In this document: one piece after another, positions 7,720 to 15,214 of the stretch
Layout of the letters: each line of letters starts with the position of its first letter
Numbering within the stretch: the first letter of the stretch is position 1
From: Chloroflexota bacterium
Lineage (GTDB): Bacteria > Chloroflexota > Limnocylindria > Limnocylindrales > CSP1-4
Direction: 5' to 3'
NCBI GenBank assembly: GCA_031373765.1
Contig: JANMNF010000071.1
Coordinates: forward strand, 1 to 54,140
Length of the DNA stretch: 54,140 nucleotides
The notes under the pieces: model-generated
The model's input: the letters and a program-made list of their open reading frames with translations, nothing else
Told to the model about the DNA's origin: nothing
Database searches by the model: none
Program-made: the position numbers and the translations under genes

Positions 7720-8790
7720 CTAGCCGCGCCGGCGCTCGTTGGTGAATTCGAAGCCGAAGCGGCCCTTGATGCAGAGATGGCCCTCGGTCACGGACGAGTC
7801 CATCGGGGAGGACACCTTCACGATCGTGTTGTCCTGGACGTGGAGATCGAGGACGCAGCCCACACCGCAGTACGGGCAGATGGTCTCGGTCACCGTCTGC
7901 GCCGATTCGTCCCACGTGCCCTCTGCCCGCATGTCGTGCTCGGACTTGAACATGAGCGCGCCGGTTGGGCAGACGCCGATGCAGTTGCCGCAGTAGACAC
8001 AGGCGGAATCGGGGAGCGGGGTGGCCCATTCCGTCGAAATGCGGGCGTCGAAACCGCGACCGGCCACGGCGATCGCGAACGTGTTCTGGGCGTCCTCGCC
8101 GCAGGCCTCGACGCACTTGTAGCAGAGGATGCACTTCGAGTAGTCGCGGACGTAGAGTTCGTTGTCGACCTTGACGGGCTGCGCGACGGTCGCGGCGTGC
8201 ATGGCCTCGGTGCCGGTGGGCTCGTGATGGTGCCCCGGTTGGTGATCGTCCCGGACGCCGGCCGACGACGCGGCAGCCGCCGGCCCGAACCGCGATGCGT
8301 CGGCCCCGTAGCGCTCCGCCCAGCGAGCCATCTCGCCATCGGGCTGGCGGGAGCCCGCGAGTGACGTGTCAACCGACGAGCCGAGGAACTCCAGGACGAG
8401 CTTGCGCGAGTGCTGAACCCGCTCTGATTCGGTCTGGATGTCCATGCCCGGCTCGACCTTGCGAGAGCACGCCGGCACCAGGACCCGCGAACCGGTCACT
8501 TCCACCACGCAGACGCGGCAGACGTTGACGGGAGCGAGGTTCTCGAGGTAGCAGAGGGTCGGCAGGTCGAGGCCCTGGGCCCTGGCCGCTTCAAGGATCG
8601 TGACGCCCGCGGGCACTGAGACCTCGACGCCGTCGATCGTGATGGTGACGGCGGCCGGCGCTTCGACCGGTGGCACCATGGGCGTTCGCGACGCACGCGC
8701 CGGTGGAGTCGTGTAGATCGTTTCGATGGCCGGAGACATCGGCGGAGCGGGCGAGCGCACCGGGCCGCCGGCGTGGTGGTCAGCGGTCAT
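7720..8790 (-). CDS. NAD-linked formate dehydrogenase alpha subunit, N-terminal Fe-S module only
   Basis: NuoG-type 2Fe-2S motif (LCYLENLAPVNVCRVCVVEV...PACS). Two ferredoxin-type 4Fe-4S motifs (CILCYKCVEAC and CVYCGNCIGVCP). Molybdopterin-oxidoreductase 4Fe-4S domain (CPYCGVGCVLDL...LCIKGRFGFEF). The ORF stops 7 codons later, with no molybdopterin domain. ATGA overlap with the upstream gene. Confidence 0.85.
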   Translation of the reverse strand: MTADHHAGGPVRSPAPPMSPAIETIYTTPPARASRTPMVPPVEAPAAVTITIDGVEVSVPAGVTILEAARAQGLDLPTLCYLENLAPVNVCRVCVVEVTGSRVLVPACSRKVEPGMDIQTESERVQHSRKLVLEFLGSSVDTSLAGSRQPDGEMARWAERYGADASRFGPAAAASSAGVRDDHQPGHHHEPTGTEAMHAATVAQPVKVDNELYVRDYSKCILCYKCVEACGEDAQNTFAIAVAGRGFDARISTEWATPLPDSACVYCGNCIGVCPTGALMFKSEHDMRAEGTWDESAQTVTETICPYCGVGCVLDLHVQDNTIVKVSSPMDSSVTEGHLCIKGRFGFEFTNERRRG

Positions 8791-10694
8791 AGCCCCACCA
8801 GTTCTGGTTGCCGGAACGCCGATTCGATCGCGGAACTTGCCGTCTGACCGAGGCCGCAGATGCTGGCATCGCGCATGGCTCGACCCACCTCAGCGAGAAG
8901 CACAAGTTCCTCGTCCCGCGATCGTCCGCCCGTGCGGTCCGCAAGCCGCGCCAGCAGTTCCTCCTGGCGAACCGTGCCGACTCGGCAAGGCACGCATTGG
9001 CCACACGATTCGTCGCGGAAGAAGGCCGCGATCCGGCGGAGCGTGCCGACCATATCCGCGGTCTCGTCGAAGATCATCACGACCCCGGATCCGAGCGTGG
9101 CGCCTATGGCCCGCGTGCCCTCGAACGTGAGGGGCACATCCAGCGTCTCCGGACCGACGAACACGCCTGCGGCGCCGCCGAGCAGGATCGCGCGAATGGC
9201 CTTGCCGCCAGGCACACCGCCGCCGAGATCGAGCAGCTCCCGCAGCGTCGTCCCGAACGGGACCTCGTAGACGCCGGGCCAGGCGACGTTGCCGGACAGG
9301 CAGAACAGCTTCGGGCCGGTCGATCCTTCAGTCCCGGTGGCCGCGTACCGGGCGCCACCGCCGATACCGTCGCCCTCGCCCAGGATCAGGAGGACGTTGA
9401 CCAGCGTTTCGACGTTGTTGACCGCTGTCGGCTTGCCGAACAGGCCGACCTCGACCGGGAATGGCGGCTTGTTGCGCGGCTCGCCGCGCTTGCCCTCGAT
9501 GGATTCGAACAGGGCGGTCTCCTCGCCACAGATGTAGGCACCGGCGCCGCGGCGCAGCTCGATGTCGAAGGCCCAGCCGGAACCGGCGACGTCGTCGCCG
9601 AGCAGCCCATCGGCGCGTGCTGCGTCGATCGCGCCGAGCAGGCGCGCTTCCGCGAGCGGGTACTCACCGCGGAGGTAGATGTAGCCGCGCGATGCGCCCG
9701 TCGCGAAGCCCTCGATCGTCATAGCCTCGATGACCGCGAACGGATCGGCTTCGAGCAACACGCGGTCCTTGAACGTGCCGGGTTCCGACTCATCGGCATT
9801 GCACACGACGTAATGCGGCTGGACAGGCTGACTCGCGACGGCGGCCCACTTGCGGCCGGTCGGGAATGCCGCGCCGCCGCGACCAACGAGTTTCGCGTCC
9901 GTGACCTCGCGAGTAGACGCTTCGGCGCCCATTGCCATGGCGTTGGCCAGGCCTCGATAGCCGCCGTGGGTTCGGTAGTCGGCAAGGGATGTCGGATCGA
10001 CCGAACCGATGCGGGCAAGCAGTTGGAGCTCCGGACTCCCTGCCTGGGGAACGGAGGCTCGCGCGGCGGCGAGGTCCGTGGCAGAACCGGTCGAAGGATT
10101 GGCCGCCCCGGATCCGGCCAGTGCCGCTTCGAGCGCGCCGACGATCCCGACCGCATCGATCGGCGCGAGCTCTGTTCGGATGGGCGTCTCGCCGGCCACC
10201 GTCAGGAGCGCCGCGGGAGCGAGCTCGCATCGACCGAGGCACGGGCTCCGTAGCCAGGTCATGGTCCCATCCCGAGCCGGTGCGCCAGCCGGACCCAGCG
10301 ACCGGGTGAGGTCGGCGCAGATGTCCTCGGCCCCGGCCAGGCGGCAAGCGATGTCGTCGCACACGTGGGCGGCCGCCGAGGCACGAGGCTGCGTGGTGAA
10401 CAGTGCGTAGAACGTGGCAACGCCGTAGGCCTCGGCCGGAGGCACGGAAAGGCGCTTGCAGACGTAGTTCAGTCCCGGCTGGGTGATCTGACCCACGCGA
10501 TCCTGAAGCGCGTGCAGGGCGGGGAGCAGGAGGTCCCGCCGGCTTCGTGAGGCGTGGCCGCCGCGGGCCACGTGCCCGTCGAGGGCGGAGTCCCGGGCGC
10601 CCCCGGACCAGCCGGACTCCGCGGGACCGATCACCGCATCCACGGCGGCTCGCTCGGCCGGCAGGGCGAGGGGTCCGATGACGTGAAGATCCAT
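8787..10694 (-). CDS. Fused NuoE-like (2Fe-2S) / NuoF-like (FMN, NAD, 4Fe-4S) diaphorase subunit of formate dehydrogenase (FdsG-FdsB type)
   Basis: N-terminal HVCDDIACRL...SPCLGRCELAP (NuoE fold). Then GGAAFPTGRKW...VVCNADESEPGTFKDR...GAGAYICGEETAL...ESCGQCVPCRVG (NuoF motifs). Confidence 0.9.
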   Translation of the reverse strand: MDLHVIGPLALPAERAAVDAVIGPAESGWSGGARDSALDGHVARGGHASRSRRDLLLPALHALQDRVGQITQPGLNYVCKRLSVPPAEAYGVATFYALFTTQPRASAAAHVCDDIACRLAGAEDICADLTRSLGPAGAPARDGTMTWLRSPCLGRCELAPAALLTVAGETPIRTELAPIDAVGIVGALEAALAGSGAANPSTGSATDLAAARASVPQAGSPELQLLARIGSVDPTSLADYRTHGGYRGLANAMAMGAEASTREVTDAKLVGRGGAAFPTGRKWAAVASQPVQPHYVVCNADESEPGTFKDRVLLEADPFAVIEAMTIEGFATGASRGYIYLRGEYPLAEARLLGAIDAARADGLLGDDVAGSGWAFDIELRRGAGAYICGEETALFESIEGKRGEPRNKPPFPVEVGLFGKPTAVNNVETLVNVLLILGEGDGIGGGARYAATGTEGSTGPKLFCLSGNVAWPGVYEVPFGTTLRELLDLGGGVPGGKAIRAILLGGAAGVFVGPETLDVPLTFEGTRAIGATLGSGVVMIFDETADMVGTLRRIAAFFRDESCGQCVPCRVGTVRQEELLARLADRTGGRSRDEELVLLAEVGRAMRDASICGLGQTASSAIESAFRQPELVGL

Positions 10695-10751
10695 TGCGAT
10701 CGAGTGTAGCCTCGGGTGCGATCGCGCGCGGCGTTTGCCCCGGGAATCGAA

Positions 10752-10776
10752 CGACCCCCGGACGGGCCGGGGGTCG
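10752..10776 (-). terminator. GC-rich hairpin between the cold-shock gene and the diaphorase gene (possible terminator)
   Basis: 10-bp perfect stem CGACCCCCGG/CCGGGGGTCG with a 5-nt loop. The minus-strand tail TTCGATT is only weakly U-rich. Confidence 0.35.
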
Positions 10777-10806
10777 ACGGGCTGAAAGCCTGGCAGTTAT
10801 GCCGGA

Positions 10807-11010
10807 CTAGCCAGCCTGGACGTTCGTAGCACGCGGGCCCTTGGGGCTCGCCTGGACTTCGAAAGTGACAGCCTCGCCGCCGTTGAGGCGGTCGAAGTTG
10901 AGCGGTGCCTGAAGGGCATCGCGGTGGAAGAAGTATTCCTTGCCATCCTCGGCGGCGATGAAGCCAAATCCTCGGTCGGCAATGACCTTCTTGACTGTTC
11001 CTGCGGTCAC
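10807..11010 (-). CDS. Cold-shock protein (CspA family)
   Basis: GTVKKVIADRGFGFIAAEDGKEYFFH carries the RNP1/RNP2 motifs. 67 aa. Confidence 0.9.
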   Translation of the reverse strand: MTAGTVKKVIADRGFGFIAAEDGKEYFFHRDALQAPLNFDRLNGGEAVTFEVQASPKGPRATNVQAG

Positions 11011-11302
11011 ATTGACCCCTTTGTCTTCCCGAACTGATCTAGAGGCGCACGGCCTGTTCGAGAAGCAGGTCGACCACGCGGAGCATCATCGCGCATCGCA
11101 ATGACCAGCGAAGAGTACGCGGGATCCGGGATTCGTGGGCTGGACGGCTGGCACCGAGAGGACCACGCGCTTCACCGCCGGGCCACTTCGGCAGTCAGAT
11201 GACTCGGCTGAGGCCCTGTTGGATCAGGAACAGAATGATCGGAAGGAGAACAGCCGACAGGAATCCGGTCAGGGCGACCCGATCCGGCGTGTTCAACCTG
11301 GC

Positions 11303-11323
11303 TAATGTGCTACCTTGTGCTAC
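11303..11323 (+). promoter_or_regulatory. Putative antitoxin operator: direct repeat TGTGCTAC x2 abutting the start codon
   Basis: TGTGCTAC at 11306-11313 and 11316-11323 (10-bp register). TAATGT (11303-11308) could be a -10 box. The ATG follows directly at 11324. Confidence 0.4.
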
Positions 11324-11626
11324 ATGACGGAATCGAACACGGGACCGGCGAGGGTTGGTGTCCGGGACCTGCGCCAGAACCTCAGTGTGTACCTCGACCG
11401 CGTGAAGGCCGGCGAAACGCTCGAGGTGACCGAGCACGGTCATCCTGTCGCTCGGCTTGCGCCGAGCCCACCGAAGGCGCTCTCGATCCTTGATCAGATG
11501 ATCGCCGACGGTCTTGTGACGCCGGCGAAATTCGACCATCGCCTGATCCCGCCGCCGCCGAGTATCCCAGGCTCCCGGCCGCTGTCCGAGATCATCATCG
11601 AGATGCGAGATGAGGACGAGCGGTGA
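11324..11626 (+). CDS. Type II antitoxin, Phd/YefM family
   Basis: VGVRDLRQNLSVYLDRVKAGETLEVTEHGHPVARL is a typical Phd/YefM N-terminus. The stop overlaps the toxin start (GTGA). Confidence 0.8.
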   Translation: MTESNTGPARVGVRDLRQNLSVYLDRVKAGETLEVTEHGHPVARLAPSPPKALSILDQMIADGLVTPAKFDHRLIPPPPSIPGSRPLSEIIIEMRDEDER

Positions 11627-12015
11627 CAGCGCTCGCCTACGTGGACGCGTCCGCACTCGCCAAACTCGTGCTCGACGAGCCGGGTGCCGTCGAGATGCGC
11701 CGCTGGTATGTCGAAAGCGAACGGGTGGTGACGAGCAGGATCGGCATTATCGAGACGCGACGTGCCTGCTCCAGACAGGAGTTCGATGCTCGTCACCTCG
11801 AAGTCATCCTGGAGTCGGTCGAGACCGCAGAGCTCACCACTCGCATCGCCGACGCCGCGGCCATCCTCGGAGCGCCGACCCTCCGCACCATCGATGCGAT
11901 CCACGTCGCGACGGCGCTCCAGCTCGTGCCGGACCTCGACGCATTCGTGACCTACGACGACCGTCTCGCCGACGCGGCGCGGGCGCTCGGGCTTCCGGTG
12001 GTTCGCCCAGCCTGA
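11623..12015 (+). CDS. vapC: PIN-domain ribonuclease toxin (VapC)
   Basis: YVDASALAKLV...E...RTIDAIHVATA...FVTYDDRL carries the conserved acidic PIN residues. 130 aa. Confidence 0.8.
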   Translation: MTALAYVDASALAKLVLDEPGAVEMRRWYVESERVVTSRIGIIETRRACSRQEFDARHLEVILESVETAELTTRIADAAAILGAPTLRTIDAIHVATALQLVPDLDAFVTYDDRLADAARALGLPVVRPA

Positions 12016-12025
12016 GGGCGCAGGC

Positions 12026-14023
12026 TCAAACCGCCGGGACGGGCTCCCCGAGTTTCTCGATCCGGATGGCCGTGGCCTTGAATTCGGCCGTGCCGGATTT
12101 GGGGTCAACGGCGTCGATGGTGAGCAGGTTGACCGCGACATCGTCCTGGAAATGGAGGGTCATGAACGTGAGACCGGGTCGAAGACCCTCGTCAACCCGC
12201 ACCGGCACCTCGATCTGGCCGCGCCGGGACGTAACTCGCACCCGCTCACCCTCCACGAGATCGAAGCGGACGAGATCCTCGGGCGACATGTCGAGCGTCT
12301 CGCCGCGCCGCAGCGGCGACTTCAGGCTGCCGCTCTGGACACCCGTGTTGTAGCTGTCGAGCCGGCGCCCGGTCGTGAGGCGGATAGGGAAGTCGGCATC
12401 GAGCTTGTCGACCGGCGGGTCATGGTCCACGGGAACGAACGGCACGCGACTCCCCGGAACCGGGTCTTCCCACAGGCGTGAGTGCAGGAACTGCTCGCCC
12501 GGGTGCGTTTCGTCCCAGCACGGCCACATGATCCCACCCAGCTCCTCGAGCCTGGCGTAGGTCATGCCCTTGTGCACCGGCGAGAGCGACCGAACTTCGT
12601 CCCAGACCAGTTCTGCCGAGGGCTCGCCCCAGTCGTGGCCCATGCGTCGCGCGAGCTCGAACAGGATCCACAGATCGTCCCGTGCATCGCCAGGGGGGTT
12701 GAGCGCCTTCCGCACGCGCTGCACGCGCCGTTCGGAATTCGTGACCGTGCCTTCGGATTCAGCCCACGCGGCGGAGGCGGGAAAGACCACATCGGCCATC
12801 TCTGCCGTCGCCGTCAGGAACAGGTCCTGTACGACCATGAACTCGAGGCCGCCGATGAGCTCCTTCGTTCGCTTCTGGTCCGCTTCGGACTGGACCGGGT
12901 TCTCTCCGATGACGTACGCGGCCTTGAGCTCGCCGCGCTCCATGGCATCGAACATCTGGGACAGGTGCAGGCCCTTCAACGGCGGGACGGGCACGCCCCA
13001 CGCTGCATCGAACTTGGCGCGCAGTTCGTCCCGCTCGACGAACTGGAATCCCGGCAGGCGATCCGGCAAGGCGCCCATGTCGCCACCGCCCTGAACGTTG
13101 TTCTGGCCGCGCAGCGGGCTGAGGCCGCTGCCGTATCGCCCGACGTGGCCGGTCAGCAGGGAGAGCGAGATGAGGGCGAGGACGTTGTCGACGGCGTTGT
13201 GGTGCTCCGTGATCCCGAGCGTCCAGCACAGCATCGCGCGCGGCGCCTTCGCGTAGGCGTGGGCCAGCTCGCGGATGGCCGAGGCAGGAACGCCGGTCTC
13301 GCGCTCCGCATATTCGAGGGTGTACGACTCGACCTTGTCGCGATAGGCGTCGAAATCGAACGTCGCGCGCTCGATGAATTCGGTGTTGGCAAGGCCGGCA
13401 TGAATGATCTCGCGTCCCACGGCGTTGGCGAGAGCGATGTCGCTGCCGACGTCGAGGCCGAGCCACGTGTCGGACCACTCCGCCGAGCTCGTCCGGCGCG
13501 GGTCTACGGTAAAGAGACGGGCTCCGTTGCGGACCCCGCGCAGCAGGTGATGGAAGAAGATCGGATGCGTCTCCCGGGCATTGCTGCCCCAGAGGATGAT
13601 CAGATCGGTTTCCTCGACCTCACGATATGAGCTGGTTCCACCACCAGCGCCGAAGACGGTCGCCAGACCGGCGACAGACGGGGCGTGTCAGGTGCGGTTG
13701 CAGCTGTCGATGTTGTTGCTGCCCAGGACCACCCGAGAGAACTTCTGCGCGGCGTAGTTGACCTCGTTGGTCGCCTTGCTGCAACTGAAGACTCCGAACG
13801 GCGCGTGCGTATCGGGGGCCCTGCGGGCACCGATGGCGCGAAACGCCGTGACGGTCCGATCGAGCGCCTCATCCCAGGTTGCGGGACGGAGCTCGCCGCC
13901 CTTCGTCTCGCGGACGAGGGGCTGGGTCAGGCGAACATACGACTTCGGCAAGGGTTCCGTGCCTCCGTGCTCTGGCTCGCCGGGGACGGCGAACTGGTTC
14001 GTCACCGCCAAGGCTGACGGCAT
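12026..14023 (-). CDS. Selenocysteine-containing formate dehydrogenase catalytic (molybdopterin) subunit lacking its own Fe-S domain; UGA at 13688-13690 read as Sec
   Basis: Track ORFs 13688..14023 and 12026..13420 share one frame, which is open from 13687 to 12026. Translation across the UGA gives GSNNIDSCNRT-U-HAPSVAGLATVFGAGGGTSSY, matching the FdhF active site (CARVUHGPSVAGL). Downstream motifs (ILWGSNARETHPI, CWTLGITEHHNAVDNV, LRGQNNVQGGGDMG) are typical of the formate dehydrogenase family. Confidence 0.85.
13655..13687 (-). other. Bacterial SECIS hairpin directly 3' of the Sec UGA
   Basis: mRNA reads UGA CAC GCC CCG UCU GUCGCC-GGUCU-GGCGAC. The 6-bp stem (13675-13670 with 13664-13659) has a GGUCU apical loop, as in the E. 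coli fdhF SECIS. A possible lower stem is CCG/CGG. Confidence 0.7.
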
Positions 14024-14128
14024 GGCGAGTGTACTTGCCGGGACGCGGGATCGGCTTCCGCGGATGCGCGCGATCGTGAGGTGCGACGGCCTCCGGCAGA
14101 CGGCGGCCGTGTGCGTTGCCGAACGACG

Positions 14129-15058
14129 TCAGACCCCGAAACGCCTCAGATATTCACGGTTCGCGCGCTGAACCGCGACGACAGATTCGGGCGTGTCGGC
14201 CGCGCGAAGATACTGATCCTGCTCGATGACGAGCCATCCAGCGTAGTCATGGCTCCGAAGGGCATCGATGACCGAATCGATCCCAGAGTCTCCGGTGCCC
14301 AACTGGCAGAAGACCCCGCGACGGAGGGCTTCCTCGAGACCTTTGCCTTCTGCCTTCACGTCGTCCATGACCTTCGTGGTGCAATCCTTGATATGGACGT
14401 GGCGAATCACTTCGTGGTAGTCGTGTACCGCCTGGGTCGGGTCGGCGCCGCCAAACCGGAAATGGCCCGTGTCGAGGCACAGCCCGAGCAACGAGGGATC
14501 GATCCGATCCATCACTCGAGCGATCTCGTCAGCCGATTCGACGTAGGTTCCAGCGTGTGGATGAAGGACCACATCGAAGCCCATCGACTGGCAGAGTTCT
14601 GCAGCTCGATGGAGATTGTTGATGAGAGCTTCGAACCGAGCTGGCGAGAGCCACGTTTCCGGATGTGCCGGGATCCGACCCGAGAATGCCCGGCGGTCGG
14701 GCTCATCGAACTGGTCGGAGAGAATTGCCAAGGGTCGCGACCCGTCTGGAGAACCTTCACGCACCAACTTCAGGCTGTCGGCTAGCCAGGTTCGATCGTC
14801 TTCCGCCAGCTCATTCCGACTGAAGTGCTGCGGAAGGAAGGAGCCAACGAGTTCCAATCCTCGGGACGACAGGCGCTGACGTAGCTGCTCAGCATCCCCG
14901 AGGTAGCCAGGCGGGCCGAGCTCCGTGCCCTCGACGCCGATGTCGACGAGCCAATCAAGCACGTCCTCCGGTCCGGGCATCCAGGCGTCGTCGACCATGA
15001 TCTCGTCCACCCCGAACGACACCGGGGCCCCGGCGACACGCATCCGAGCGTTTGACAT
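14129..15058 (-). CDS. IolE-like sugar phosphate isomerase/epimerase (xylose-isomerase-like TIM barrel; probable inosose dehydratase)
   Basis: GTELGPPGY...HPHAGTYVE...LCLDTGHFRFGG...HVHIKD...GWLVIEQD is the metal-binding pattern of the AP-endonuclease-2/IolE fold. Confidence 0.75.
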   Translation of the reverse strand: MSNARMRVAGAPVSFGVDEIMVDDAWMPGPEDVLDWLVDIGVEGTELGPPGYLGDAEQLRQRLSSRGLELVGSFLPQHFSRNELAEDDRTWLADSLKLVREGSPDGSRPLAILSDQFDEPDRRAFSGRIPAHPETWLSPARFEALINNLHRAAELCQSMGFDVVLHPHAGTYVESADEIARVMDRIDPSLLGLCLDTGHFRFGGADPTQAVHDYHEVIRHVHIKDCTTKVMDDVKAEGKGLEEALRRGVFCQLGTGDSGIDSVIDALRSHDYAGWLVIEQDQYLRAADTPESVVAVQRANREYLRRFGV

Positions 15059-15115
15059 CGAGTCCTCCGTTCACGTGGCCATCGAGCGGTCACGTTCCAC
15101 GTGACCGTGTCCTCG

Positions 15116-15170
15116 TTGACGCGACAACTGGGCACGTGCTAGGTTACTGCAATCGGTTGCGCACGGTCAA
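15116..15170. promoter_or_regulatory. Bidirectional promoter with LacI-type operator (site D)
   Basis: Plus strand: TTGACG (15116-15121), 18 nt, TAGGTT (15140-15145), then operator CTGCAATCGGTTGCGCA (15147-15163). Minus strand: TTGACC (15170-15165), 18 nt that are the operator itself, then TAACCT (15146-15141). Confidence 0.65.
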
Positions 15171-15214
15171 TCACGCACGACCGAGTCCCAGGTTGGGTAC
15201 GCGGAGACGACACA

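Noticed and set aside
10741-10790. A GTTCGATTCC-like T-loop motif on the minus strand next to a GC hairpin, which could indicate a tRNA or tRNA fragment.
   Set aside because: I could not fold flanking sequence into an acceptor stem, D arm or anticodon arm. It is better described as a simple hairpin.
11195-11296. 33-codon hydrophobic ORF (TTG start; ...LTGFLSAVLLPIILFLIQQGL...) divergent from the antitoxin gene, possibly a small membrane peptide.
   Set aside because: There is no spaced ribosome-binding site, the start is non-ATG, and it is the tail of a longer junk ORF (11195..11656). The evidence is not enough to call it a gene.
13421-13690. The gap between the two FDH catalytic ORFs read as a truncation or pseudogene.
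   Set aside because: The frame is continuous, the interrupting codon is TGA at the conserved catalytic Sec position, a SECIS-like hairpin follows, and the Sec machinery is encoded nearby.
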